Below are positions 1 to 23,169 of a DNA stretch of 64,000 nt, piece by piece (position 1 is the first letter of the stretch; each line of letters starts with the position of its first letter). Location of the stretch: the NCBI GenBank assembly GCA_964016885.1, contig OZ024743.1:71858001-71922000 (forward strand). Reading direction: 5' to 3'. The position numbers and the translations under genes are program-made. The DNA comes from Eledone cirrhosa (Eukaryota). The notes beneath the pieces are model-generated. The model was not told the DNA's origin, searched no databases, and saw only the letters and a program-made list of their open reading frames with translations.

Positions 1-70
1 ATATATATATTATATATATATATTATATATATATTATATATATATATATATATTATATATATATATTATA

Positions 71-113
<43 letters not shown>

Positions 114-120
114 ATTATAT

Positions 121-1381
<1,261 letters not shown>

Positions 1382-1402
1382 TATATATATATTATATATA
1401 TA

Positions 1403-1487
<85 letters not shown>

Positions 1488-1489
<2 letters not shown>

Positions 1490-1600
1490 TTTTGCGAGGT
1501 TTTTTATATGAAATCGTGTGTCGAAACAGATATTGTTATACTTGGGGAGGGTCATATTTGCGTAATATTGCCAGAATTAATAACAGAACACACTCACCAT
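1488..1600 (-). mobile_element. Inverted pLTR end of PLE family A at the 5' junction
   Basis: Reverse complement of the family terminus ...ATGACCCTCCCCAAGTATAACAATAT seen at 8595-8620 and 39230-39255. Confidence 0.75.
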
Positions 1601-1607
1601 AACCTCA

Positions 1608-2669
1608 ATGGCTAAAAAGACTCCCATAGGAAGGTGGATTGGGTGGACCAAAGCCATACGGACCCCCCGAAACACTGATCAGGCAAGAAAAATGGTCGCA
1701 CATGCAATAGGGGCTAGTATCAAAACTACCCTAAAGGGCCACATATTTAAGTTCAATGAGAAAATCTACACCCAAAATGAGGGAGCAGCCATCGGCGTCA
1801 GCATAGCTGGTGATGTTGCCAACCTTTTCATGGTATGGTGGGAAAGGAGACTTAAAGATCTCCTTAATGAAAGCTCCATAGACCTCATCATGTACTCTCG
1901 TTATGTAGATGATATCAATATAGTTATAAGAACACCCCCACTAGAGAGCACTAACAAGTTTGATTTAGAACGTAGAACGATGGAAAGCATCCAGCAGATA
2001 GCTAATTCCATACACCAGAGTATAACTGTAACTATAGACTCCCCTTCCAAACACCCTAACAATAGACTACCTGTATTAGACACAGAACTCTGGATTAACA
2101 CTATAGACGAGAGAGCCCAAATTCTCCACTCACACTATGCTAAACCCATGGCCTCCAAATACCTGATACTCAAAAACTCAGCAATGTCCAGTAGTGCTAA
2201 GTTTAATATTCTGATCGCAGATTTGGTACGAGTGATGAAGAATGTGTCCAGCATGTGCGACCCAACAGAAATGGAAGGACACATCCAACACTTCATCAAC
2301 CGCATGCAGTTCTCTGGCTACAACCAAAGAGACAAAGTCAGAGTATACGAAGGAGCCATGGAAAAGTATAAGACCCTCATAGAACTGGACATGAAAGGAA
2401 TCTGCCCACTATACAGGAGCAAATCATGGAATAGCTTAGATAGGGCTAGGCATAAGATAGGGAAGGCCACATCATGGTACGACAACCAGAGATATCAGAG
2501 TGTCATGTTTGTGGATGCCACCCCTGGAGGGCAATTAGCTAACCAGTGTAGAAAGGCCCTGAGAAAGACCCACTTAAAAATAAAGGTGGTAGAAAAGCCA
2601 GGAACCACCATAAAATCCCTGATCAGCAAAACCTACCCTTTTAAGAAAATCCACTGTACCAATAGGATG
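1608..2669 (+). CDS. Penelope-like reverse transcriptase (family A), 5'-truncated, open frame running into the assembly gap
   Basis: RT motifs EGAAIGVSIAGDVANLFM, YSRYVDDI, LPVLDTEL, HYAKPMAS; linker MFVDATPGG...VVEKPGT...YPF shared with the GIY-YIG-bearing copies at 7440-8203. Confidence 0.9.
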
Positions 2670-2869
2670 NNNNNNNNNNNNNNNNNNNNNNNNNNNNNNN
2701 NNNNNNNNNNNNNNNNNNNNNNNNNNNNNNNNNNNNNNNNNNNNNNNNNNNNNNNNNNNNNNNNNNNNNNNNNNNNNNNNNNNNNNNNNNNNNNNNNNNN
2801 NNNNNNNNNNNNNNNNNNNNNNNNNNNNNNNNNNNNNNNNNNNNNNNNNNNNNNNNNNNNNNNNNNNNN
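2670..2869. other. Assembly gap (200 N)
   Basis: Run of N. Confidence 1.
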
Positions 2870-3017
2870 ATGAAGAACTCAATGTAATCCAAATATCATG
2901 AAAGAGAAGATGTATTCAAAAATATTTCGATGAAAATCACAGGAAAACAGAGTCAAGATAAACTAATAAAAACAATGAACACAAACAAAGAACAAGTTCC
3001 TTATATTAATAAATTCA

Positions 3018-3147
3018 TCATTTTACGATCGTTTCTACGATATATATATGTGTTGGTATGTATATCATATAGATCTATGTAAAACATTTACAAACTATCA
3101 GAGGAAATATACATAACTTCACATATATATGCTGTCTTCAGAAATAA
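3018..3147 (-). ncRNA. Type I hammerhead with about 105 nt stem II region
   Basis: TTATTT-CTGAAGA-[ATATATATGTG...CACATATATAT]-GAAA-CGATCG-TA-AAATGA; palindromic stem III, GUA. Confidence 0.75.
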
Positions 3148-3253
3148 CTGTTTCTACTTTAGACACAAGGCCAGCAATAACCCAGTGCATTACTGGTACT
3201 TTATTTTATCGACCCCGTAAGGATGAAAGGCAAAGTCAATCTCGGCGGGATTT
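3148..3253 (-). mobile_element. Octopus-type tRNA-derived SINE, 5'-truncated
   Basis: CTGGTACTTTATTTTATCGACCCCGTAAGGATGAAAGGCAAAGT core, repeated at least 7 times in the window. Confidence 0.85.
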
Positions 3254-3650
3254 AATGAAGACAGCATATATATGTGAAGGTATGTATATTTCCTCTGATT
3301 GTTTGTAAATTTTTTACATAGATCTATATGATATACATACCAATACATATATATATCCTAGAAACGATCGTAAAATGATAAATTTTTTAATATAAGGAAC
3401 TTGTTCTTTGTTTTGTTCATTGTTTTTATTAGTTTATCTTGACTCTGTTTTCCTGTGATTTTCATCGAAATATTTTTTAATACATCTTCTCTTTTCATGA
3501 TATTTGGATTACATATATCATATACATACCAACACACATATATATCCTAGAAACGATAGTAAAATGATGAATCTTTTAATATAAGGAACTCGTTCTTTGT
3601 TTTTATTCATTGTCTTTATTAATATATATATATAAATAAATATATATATA

Positions 3651-3736
<86 letters not shown>

Positions 3737-3738
<2 letters not shown>

Positions 3739-4557
3739 TTAAGTCGTTTGGAAGCGTCGACAATGCAAATGGGTAAAACTCCGGATAACATGATCCGGTG
3801 GTGGGTGTACGTTGAGATGCGTGGTGTGTATGAGATGTGTAGAAGAATGAAGGAAAGAGTGTAAAGCATAAAATAAAAATAACAACACGAGAGAGAGTTA
3901 CCTTCGGAGAGATTTAATAGTCCCTATACATTTCGGATTCACATCCATCAACTGGGGGTTTTTCCGGGGTTGGGGAAAGGTTGTCTGTCGGACAGATGCG
4001 AAACGCGCCTTCCGCTGTTTGTTGTTTTGAATATCTGAGGTATTCGGCAGAGCGCGCGTGCGCGTGAAATGGGTCGGTCGGGCAGAGGTCAGCGGCCGAA
4101 TGAGGGAGTGGGGTGGCGCTAGCTGTCAGTCCATTCTCTGCCTGTTTGTTAAATGATACTGTGTGTGTGTGTGCGTGTGTTGTTGTCTCGCTTAAGTGTG
4201 TGTGTGAGTGCGTGTGTTGTTGCCTTGTTCCTCTGTATTGGCAGTGTAGTATGTTCGTATGGTGGAATGCCACTGTGTGTGTGTGCGTGTGTGTGTGTAG
4301 TTGTCTCGTTTGTGTGTGTGTGTGTGGGTGTGTTGCTGCATCGTTTGTTAGCTTAAACCAGCCATCTCATTTCGCTTCTCTCTGATCGGTTGTTTATTTG
4401 CGGTTGCCGGCGTTTGATAAAAAGCGCTTCCTTGATACGTAACGTGCCGACGTTTCTTTCGGTCGCTAGAATTGTGACAATGGACCTTCCGGAATGACGA
4501 GGCCCTGGTTTTAGTGTGTTCCTTGATCCGGATTTGCAAAGGCCGGAATTGTGCGAT
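3737..4557 (-). mobile_element. PLE 3' remnant (Penelope/Poseidon-like GIY-YIG C-terminus plus 3' UTR)
   Basis: Minus-strand QIRIKEH...[20 protein letters not shown]; decayed HHR-like CCC-CAGTTGA-T-GGAT gtga ATCC-GAAA-TGTA-TA-GGG near 3921-3958. Confidence 0.7.
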
Positions 4558-4674
<117 letters not shown>

Positions 4675-4713
4675 AATATAAATATATATATATATAAATA
4701 TATATATATATAA

Positions 4714-4823
<110 letters not shown>

Positions 4824-4950
4824 TATATATAAATATATATAATAGAAGAAGTTAATATGCCCATGAGTACTAAGTACCCCTAGAAATATATAGGTTTTCT
4901 ATGATTTAAGGTTGTTCTATGGTATTAATTTGACATACTAGAACTATAAT

Positions 4951-5215
4951 ATTAAGATAAGCAGAACAAGCAAAATTCAACCAATTTTTAAAATAAATTA
5001 AAAAATATAATTTAAATATTTACCTATTCTTTTGGCCGTTACCGATCGGTTTCGCTTTGTAAAACACGAGAAATCCAATGGATTTCCAATGGAAAAGCAA
5101 AGTTCATCAGAGAAGCATTTTCCTTTCCTAGGGCTAAAGATAGGTAAATATTTAAATTATATTTTTTATTTATTTTAAAAAATTGGTTGAATTTTGCTTG
5201 TTCTGTTTATCTTAA
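4951..5215. repeat. Fold-back (arms about 4951-5027 and 5140-5215) enclosing a minus-strand HHR-like motif at 5034-5116
   Basis: CTGATGA-a-CTTTG...CAAAG-c-GAAA-CCGATCGG-TA; stem I weak. Confidence 0.65.
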
Positions 5216-5271
5216 TATAAATATATATATATATTAAAAAAAAAATATATATATATATAAATATATATATA

Positions 5272-5316
<45 letters not shown>

Positions 5317-5368
5317 CATATATATATATATATATACAAATATATATATATATATAAAAAAAAAATAT

Positions 5369-5420
<52 letters not shown>

Positions 5421-5425
5421 TAAAG

Positions 5426-5484
<59 letters not shown>

Positions 5485-5529
5485 TAAATATATATATATA
5501 TATATATAAATTAAATATATATAAATTAA

Positions 5530-5562
<33 letters not shown>

Positions 5563-5949
5563 AATTAAATATATATATATAAATTACTGCGGTTATGAAA
5601 AGCGGTTCTTATTCGGGTACAACTTCTGATTTGGCCTAAGAAAATATCTATATGCGTGTGTAATTCATACAAGCATATATTTATTTTTTTATTTTCAATT
5701 GAGTTCTTAAACACGTCGGATTGATAATGTTTTCAAAAAAAACTAATTAACCCGCGTGTATATATTATTTTTTTTCCTCATTTCGTGGGTTGTCTCCCCT
5801 CCCCGCTTCGTGTCGCTATGATACTTCCTCAGTCAAAAACTGCTGGAATTTCAAATTTGGCGGTCATTTGAGGTGAGAGAGAGCTACTTTACGGACATGA
5901 TTTTTGACAGCGGTAAGAAATTGTTTTCTTATATCAATGTTTAATGGGC

Positions 5950-6076
5950 TTCCACTGACGATTTATAAGTGCCCACCTAAATATATTCTTACATGAATAT
6001 ATATATTAGGCCTCTACATAAACTGGAAACATTCTCCCAACTTGTAGAAAACTTATAATGAAACAATTGTTTGGAA
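5950..6076 (+). ncRNA. Type I hammerhead with branched stem II
   Basis: TTCCA-CTGACGA-t-TTATAAGT...ACTTATAA-t-GAAA-CAATTG-TT-TGGAA; 5 bp stem I, 8 bp stem II, palindromic stem III, GUU. Confidence 0.85.
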
Positions 6077-6261
6077 AGAGAGATATACTTTAACTTTAAT
6101 TATATCTCATAAAATAATACAACTGGTTTTTCCACAATATACATTTTGTTAGCACCCCAAACACTTAAATTGGGTTTATATTTCAATATAACCTGATGTT
6201 TGTTGAGTGAGATGTTTACCAGTCAGAGTTTAGCTTTAAACTATCTCTGTTATTGTATTAA

Positions 6262-6292
<31 letters not shown>

Positions 6293-6441
6293 AATTAAAT
6301 ATATATATATGTATATATATAAATTAAATATATATATATATATAAATTAAATATATATATATATATATAATATATATAAATTAAATATATATATATATAT
6401 ATATAAATTAAATATATATATATATATATAAATTAAATATC

Positions 6442-8754
<2,313 letters not shown>

Positions 8755-8765
8755 AATATATAAAT

Positions 8766-8831
<66 letters not shown>

Positions 8832-8832
8832 A

Positions 8833-9057
8833 TATTTATTAAAATAACAGATTAAAGTTTAAGCAAAGAATCGGTGCTTTCACCCTTAACGGGATCTTTC
8901 AGAAGATCCCGTTAAGGGTGAAAGCAGCGATTCTTTGCATAAACTTTAATCTGTTATTTTAATAAATACTTGTTCTACGGTTCTTATATATTTGATATAT
9001 ATTTTCCTTATCGAGCCCTCTTTGGATTTTAGTCTTCAATTTTATTATTATTACTAT
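8833..9057. repeat. Near-perfect hairpin insertion (arms about 8833-8898 and 8903-8968) plus 3' extension
   Basis: Centre GATCTT-TCAG-AAGATC; same family ends at 32905-33035 and 49055-49090. Confidence 0.8.
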
Positions 9058-9082
9058 ATATATATATATATATATATATATC

Positions 9083-9119
<37 letters not shown>

Positions 9120-10377
9120 ATAGAGGGACATATTATACCTCCCCACCTTTTTCGGCAGGGTAATAGGATGAATGCCAGCCTACATTGAGACACTGCACTT
9201 GAATCAAGCGTATAGCTAAGGGAAAACTTCTACATGGTGTGTGAGACTCCTACTTACACCCCATGCAGTATACAAGATTAGCTGGGCAAACATTTTCGTG
9301 ATCAGTTGACCCCTAAAGTTAGCTTCCTAGCTTTCCAGATGTTCCCCTTCTCTTCAACTACTACGCTTACGGCATCTTTGAAAGAGAGAGAGCAAGCACG
9401 TCCACAAAATCCAGGCCACATTGGGGATGTTATGTCCAACATGGATTAAGATCGTAACATCTTTACACAACGCCACATCCAGGACGCCATTGTTATGCAT
9501 ATGAATAAATATAGAATTCTACAAAACATACTGTATTATTCGAATTAAAAGTTAGCTGGTGCATCATATATATATATATACATTGCTGGCGCACGCGCGA
9601 GCCTAAGATATTAGCACCTGAAATCGAATGTTAGTGTGTACTATGTGAAAAAATTGAGGTTAACAGCAAGATATATTTTACTTGTTGAAATATTTTTGTC
9701 TTACACTCTTTACTTACGAACGCCACAATATCAACAACAAGTACCAAAATAATTCTAAAATGCTTACAATACGGATTTTTGTAACCTGCCACAGACAATG
9801 AAAGCCGATATTTGAAAGATCGATATGGTTCGTTTTGTGAACTGACCAAGAAATGAGTAAGTCTAAGAAAATAATAGTATTAGATTTACTTGAAATCAAT
9901 ACTTTCAGCTGATTTGAAAAGGTTATACATTTTCCTAAACAATTGGTTTGTCAAGTTCTTATTGATTTAACTTTATGCAGGGCTTGATCAATTATGCCTA
10001 AAAGTTTCTGTATACATTTCAGAGTTTGTTTTTATCTTTATTTTGAACTTCAACTGAAACTAGGTGTTGAAAATGAAACAATGATAACGTAGCAGAGCCA
10101 TTTTAGCAATCGAATAGTCAACCACAAAACTTAAGTTCAATTTTCGATAATTCTTGTAATAGTACTGTCAATTTTGAGGTGTGAAAGATTTTCGTTCTCA
10201 TTCTGCGACCGGGTCACTTACACAAACTTTCAGTAGAATAAGGACAGTGACCAGATAGCAGAAAGGGTAGCAAGAAGTTCATAAATGACACTGGTATTAA
10301 AACAAACAAAAACTGAATATCACACATTTTATAATTATCTAACGCTCCAATAGTTTACACACACATACACAGAAGTT

Positions 10378-10415
<38 letters not shown>

Positions 10416-10541
10416 AGAAAAACCACAAGACCTCCATCTCAATTCTACTTTTGAAAAGCATAAGAGCTGTGAAACCGGTAAAGGAAACAAATAAATATTC
10501 TTAAAAAGATTCCAGTTGCATTTTCGATTTTATCTTTTTTC

Positions 10542-10580
<39 letters not shown>

Positions 10581-10582
10581 TA

Positions 10583-11163
<581 letters not shown>

Positions 11164-11511
11164 CAGGAATATACCAGTATTAAACTTGTTAGACTATTAT
11201 TCTCAGACGTTTCGCCATGAATCTTTCCTACATAAATATATATATACGTTGGAGGTACGAAAGCAATACCTATATATCATATAAGTAGTACTAGCTACAT
11301 ACCTATATAGTGTATGGATGATACTAGTATTTTGTAAAATATAGGTGGTACTAGCGTCGTACCTATATATCTTACTGCATTAGGCCTGCTTCTTATAAAA
11401 TATACTTCAGATCTGATAAACACTGTGTTCATATCAATCACTGTCGTCATACGCCTGAAGCATTCTAATGAATTGTAGCAATTTATTTTTTGACACAATT
11501 TTAAGACTCAC

Positions 11512-11593
<82 letters not shown>

Positions 11594-11597
<4 letters not shown>

Positions 11598-12498
11598 GAT
11601 TAAAAATTAGCTCAACAAAAAGTAGCCGTAATATTATATTATATTTAGAGTTAAAAACTCAAACTGTCCTTTACAATTAATTAGCTCAAAGAAAGAAGCA
11701 TTTCTGAGCCGTGAAATACAAGTTAATATAAATTAATATATGATAAACACAAAAGTGTTTGTATTGTAAAAGACGAAGTTAGCTAGAATGAAATGAAACT
11801 AATTCAAATAAATATATATAGTTTGCCTGTCTCGATTTAAAATAATAAATCAATAAAAACAATAAAAACAAACCCCTATTGGCAAATAGCCGTGATACCT
11901 ACTCTAAATATAATATAATATTACGGCTCCTTTTTGTTGAGCTAATTGTTAATCCCATATAAATGGCTGTTATTTCTAGCGCCATGAATATGAGATAGCT
12001 AGTGAGCTGGAAAACCTCGTGCAAAACCTCGTGCGTTTGCGCTAGTGAACCAGACCTCCTAAATTATTTCTCCTAAATTATTTCGAGGTGAAACATCCTA
12101 ATTTTTCTGGATACCTGTTGAGAAGCACAGAAAATTGAATAATTTCACTTTTTATACTATCGTTGCGAAACTTATTTGGATTTTGAAATTCAAATTCATC
12201 TGCGGAACCGGTTTGGATTTTAAAATTTAAATTTGTCCAGGTATCACGGCTATTTGCCAATATGGGTTTGTTTTTATTGTTTTTATTGATTTATTATTTT
12301 AAATCGAGACAGGCAAACTATATATATTTATTTGAATTAGTTTATTTCATTCTAGCAAACTTCGTCTTTTACAATACAAACATTTTTGTGTTTATCATAT
12401 ATTAATTTATATTAACTTGTATTTCACGGCTCAGAAATGCTTCTTTCTTTGAGCTAATTAATTGTAAAGGACTGTTTGAGTTTTTAACTCTAAATATA

Positions 12499-12504
<6 letters not shown>
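11594..12504 (+). mobile_element. 586 bp terminally redundant non-coding unit (11901-12504) preceded by an inverted arm (11594-11900)
   Basis: ACTCTAAATATA at 11901 and 12487; the inverted arm reads across the unit end into the unit start. Confidence 0.75.
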
Positions 12505-12530
<26 letters not shown>

Positions 12531-12537
<7 letters not shown>

Positions 12538-14064
12538 ATGCTTTGGGAGGGTCATGTTGCCAATAAGAAACACACGCACCAGTTGCTTTCAATCCGATTT
12601 ATTATAAATTAAATTTACAAATTTCCGGTTGGCTAGCCGGTTCCACAACCGGACGGTTGTTCATATATTGTCAAATTCTTTCGTCACACATTCTGTGACC
12701 TCTTCAATGACTGGGGATTCTTTTCTTTGTTTTTGTGCCTCTCCTTTGTTCTGTCCTACGCCATCTTGTTTTTGTGTGTGTTGTGTGCTTAGTTTGCGCA
12801 TGTGTTACATCCGGGTGTCTGTGTGAGTTTATATTGTTTATTTATTTGTTTATTTACATGTTACTGGTTGGTTGTTTGTTCTATGTGTGTGTGTGTTTTC
12901 ATTTTGTCCTTAATTGTAAGTTGTGATATTGCTATTCCATTCATGTTTTCTATTTAATTTTGGTTGGAGTTCATTTATGTTTATTGCCTCTGTGATTTGT
13001 TTAAACATTGCGTCTTTTCTGTGTGTAGATTCTATTTTTATTTCTATGTTCTGTAATTTACCCTTATGTTCTATTTTAGCATATTGGTGGAGTACAGGTG
13101 ATTCTTTTCTATCTTGAAGCTCTCGCCAGTGTTCATTTATCCGTTCTCCTATACTACGAGCTGTCTCACCTATGTACACTATATTCTTATCTCTACATTG
13201 TCCTTCAGTACATCTTATGCTATATACAACATTTATAGTTTAACAGTCAATATGGAGGCTTAGTTTACAGATTATACATTTCTTATCTATACAGCGAGGT
13301 CTTTGAAAAGGGTATGTATTGCTAATAAGTGTTTTTATGGAGGTACCTGGTTTTTCTATTATCTTAACATTGAGTTTATGTTTATCTAAGGCCCTTCCAA
13401 ATTTGTAAGCTAATTCACCTGTAGGGGATGTATTGATGAACATTACACTCTGGTATTTATTGCTATCATACCATGAGTTTATTCTATTAACCTTATTCCT
13501 AGTTCCTTCTGTTCTATTCCAAAATTTGCTCCTTATCACATAGGCAATAAACATAAATGAACTCCAACCAAAATTAAATAGAAAACATGAATGGAATAGC
13601 AACATCACAACTTACAATTAAGAACAAAATTAAAACACACACGCACATAGAACAAACAACCAACCAGTAACATGTAAATAAACAAATAAATAAACAAATA
13701 TAAACACACACAGACACCCGCAAACTAAGCACACAATACACACAAAAACAAGATGGCGTAGGACAGAATAAATGAGAGGCAGAAAAGCAAAGTAAAGAAT
13801 CACCATTCACTGAAGAGGTCACAGAATGTGTGACGAAATAACTTTTTCAATATATGAACAACCGTCCGTTAGAGGAACCGGTCAGCCAACCGGAAATTTA
13901 TAAATTCTTAAATTTATAAATTTAATTTATAATAAATCGGTGATTGCAAATGGTGCGTGTGTTTCTTATTGGCAACATGACCCTCCCAAAGCATAACAAT
14001 ATCCGTTTCAACACATGTTTTCAGATAATGTATCTTGCTAAACAAATTCAGAAACGTAATAAAT
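12531..14064 (-). mobile_element. PLE family A remnant (minus, 12531-13537) joined to an inverted copy of its own 3' end (plus, 13538-14064)
   Basis: YIGETARSIGERINEH ORF 12910-13179; linker ORF 13240-13537; mirror-image 3' UTR. Confidence 0.9.
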
Positions 14065-14089
14065 ATATATATATAAATACATCAAAATG

Positions 14090-17574
<3,485 letters not shown>

Positions 17575-17584
17575 CGCCAACACA

Positions 17585-17657
17585 TGATGTGTTGGCGTAA
17601 ATGGTAGCACAGTGGTCCGGATAACCAAAGATTTGGGTTCGACTCCCATGTACGTCA
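17585..17657 (+). pseudogene. tRNA-like sequence (tRNA pseudogene or SINE head)
   Basis: A-box TGGCGTAAATGG, B-box GGTTCGACTCC, acceptor TGATGTG/TACGTCA, anticodon arm TGGT-CCGGATA-ACCA; D-stem imperfect. Confidence 0.65.
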
Positions 17658-17812
17658 ATACTCATCTTTTTCCATTTCTCCGAGGGTTCTTAAACCCACT
17701 ATCAGGCTAAATAATTTCTTTAATTTCTTTAGTCAAAATACGTCGATAGCTTACATTTCTAATAATTTCAAACCCAATCGCTGTTTCGAAAATATTCTTA
17801 CTATATATATAA

Positions 17813-17966
<154 letters not shown>

Positions 17967-19289
17967 AAATATATATATATAAATATATATATATAATTAT
18001 TTATAATGGCAAATCTTTGTTACTCTGAAGTTCCACCTGTGTACCCACAGTTCCATCAGACAACATTTGTCTGATGGTGCTGTCAGATTCCATGTCATAG
18101 TCTAGAGTAATAACACTCATAATGCCTAAGGCTATCGTGAATGGGATCACACTCGGCTACTAATAATTGCGAAGCGAACCTATTAATCTATCGTGCTGTA
18201 TCCAATACAACTCGACCATGTATGTAAATTATATAAATGCACAGAAATTTATGTAAATATATCCCCTAAATAAATTAAAACACCATTCCTATCTTTAATC
18301 AATTCCATGTGTCAGTAATCAACATCTACTATAGGGTTTATCTTATTCAAAATTATTAATATATCGAAACGCTAGTTTGCAAATTCCTATGATTATTCAT
18401 TTAACCACTAACCTTGGTTTATATAGCATACCAATCCATAACTTAAACACCGTCAACGCTAGTGTCATCATCATTGATGTCACGGGGCCACTAGCATATA
18501 TATAAATATACTATATATTAGATCACCAATTAACAAAACCGTCTCACTTTAGCGGAGAATAAATCATGAGAATGTTTAAAATGACTTCAGTAACAATCAG
18601 CGTAGTATTTAACATATTGTGAATAACTTAAATAAGGAAAAATGAAGTTAGAGCACGACATTTAATTGAGTGGAATAACAGAGATATTCCTTAGTCTGTG
18701 CTGTATCAGGGAAATGAAGCCAATAAAAATACATCTTTCTTTACCTTAAACATTATGAACAGAGTTTCCATCTGCTAAGAGTAAACAAACTGAAATAGCA
18801 TCGATCCATTTATGAGGGATCGGTTTACCAGGAGTTCTTCATTACTACATGGTGTAATATGAAATATATAGCAATAATATCTACAAGAAGAAGTAGTTTA
18901 CTATCATGCCTTCATCTCAAACACCAATATATTTCAATACTGAAGTTTGAGCTTTGTATATTTTCGATCTAACAATTATGATGATGAAAAAAAGAAAAAA
19001 AAAAAACCAAAAAGGAAAAAAAGAAAATTATAAATAATAATAATAAAATGTAGAGAAACCGACGCTGTAAATCATAAACATTGGAACAATTAATTTCTGC
19101 TAGAATTTTCTACCCGCACAGTTATGAATTAATAACAACAATGGTTTCCAGTAACAGAGGAAGTCGATTTTTCTTATTTATAGCTGTAATAAAATTATAG
19201 AGGGAAATATCTGAAGTAACAGAAAAAGTAAATGAACAACTACAATAAAATACTCTTCCCGAAAGCTTTCTACTCCCATCCCTTCTACA

Positions 19290-21700
<2,411 letters not shown>

Positions 21701-21750
21701 CTGTATACCCATGGGTGTAACTAGGAGTTACTGCAGGTTCACCCGGGAGA

Positions 21751-21808
21751 GCACTCTATATTTAGGTTCACTTCTGTGATGAGGTGTAGAGCTATACAGA
21801 GTGTATAT

Positions 21809-21848
<40 letters not shown>

Positions 21849-21908
21849 ATATACACTCTGTATAGCTCTACACCTCATCACAGAAGTGAACCTAAATATA
21901 GAGTGCTA
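21751..21908. repeat. Perfect palindrome centred on (TA)n
   Basis: AGCACTCTATATTTAGG...GATG-(TA)n-CATC...CCTAAATATAGAGTGCT. Confidence 0.9.
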
Positions 21909-22202
21909 TATATATTTATATATATATATATATATACATATGCATATAAAGCACCACTCCGTCGGCTACGACGAAGACATTTTCAGTTACTACGATCAAG
22001 GGTATAACATGTTCTTGATTTTAACGTTGAAACATTTTACAGACATGCCCATCCTGAACATATTTCTCCCGGAGTTGCAGTGTGACAATGAGTGAAAATC
22101 TGTACTTTTAAATTACAAATACACCTCGTTTTTGACAGTTGATTGGACTGGAGCACCGTGACGTCAAGTGTCATGTTCAAGGACCCATACAGACGCACAT
22201 TT

Positions 22203-22265
<63 letters not shown>

Positions 22266-22279
22266 TAAATATACATATA

Positions 22280-22335
<56 letters not shown>

Positions 22336-23169
22336 TAAATATACATATATATATATATACATATATATACATACATATATATATATATATACATATATAT
22401 ACATACATATATAAATATACATGTATATACATACATATATATATATATACATATATACATACATATATATATATATGCATATATACATATATATACATAC
22501 ATATATATATATATGCATATATACATATATATATATACATACATATATAAATATATACACACACACATATATATATATATATGTATATATTTTTTATGCG
22601 TATACTTATATAAATATACGCATAAATATATCTATATATCTATATATATATATATACGCATATAAAGATATATATATATAGATATATATATATATACGCA
22701 TACACACACATTTATATATATATATATATATCTATCTATCTATATATAAATATATATATATACACAGACACATATATAGACACATATACAACTATAACAT
22801 ATATATTTATATGTATTCATGTATGTTTTTGTTCACCGTAGGTGATTGATTTCAACCCACTCAACGATATATCGATTATGTACCAGATCGATACATAACT
22901 GCAATGAAATATGTATTTTTTTGTAAAGTGTTGTTTTGATATGTAGGTTGTTCTCTGAGTATGAATTTATGACGAAAGTAAATTTTAGGATGATTATCAT
23001 CATCATCAACATCATTATCTCTTGCAGCAGTAAAATCATCCTCATCAACTGCATCATTACCAGCATCAGCTGTAGTATTAGTGACGTCATCACCAGCAGC
23101 ATGAGCTGTAAGGTCAGTAACCTCATAATCATCATCATCCTCATCATTTTCTTTATCGTCATCATTAGC

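Larger units (their letters stand above)
2870..3622. repeat. Fold-back insertion (arms about 2870-3140 and 3256-3512, partial extra copy 3515-3622) with a SINE fragment in the loop
   Basis: Arms are reverse complements; same family at 27390-27500 and 36010-36250. Confidence 0.85.

Noticed and set aside
9122-9180. Possible HDV-like ribozyme at an element end
   Set aside because: Could not form P3/P1.1 convincingly
10430-10530. GAAA-CCGG-TA half motif (also 43860-43975 minus)
   Set aside because: 5' core box missing because the insert is truncated
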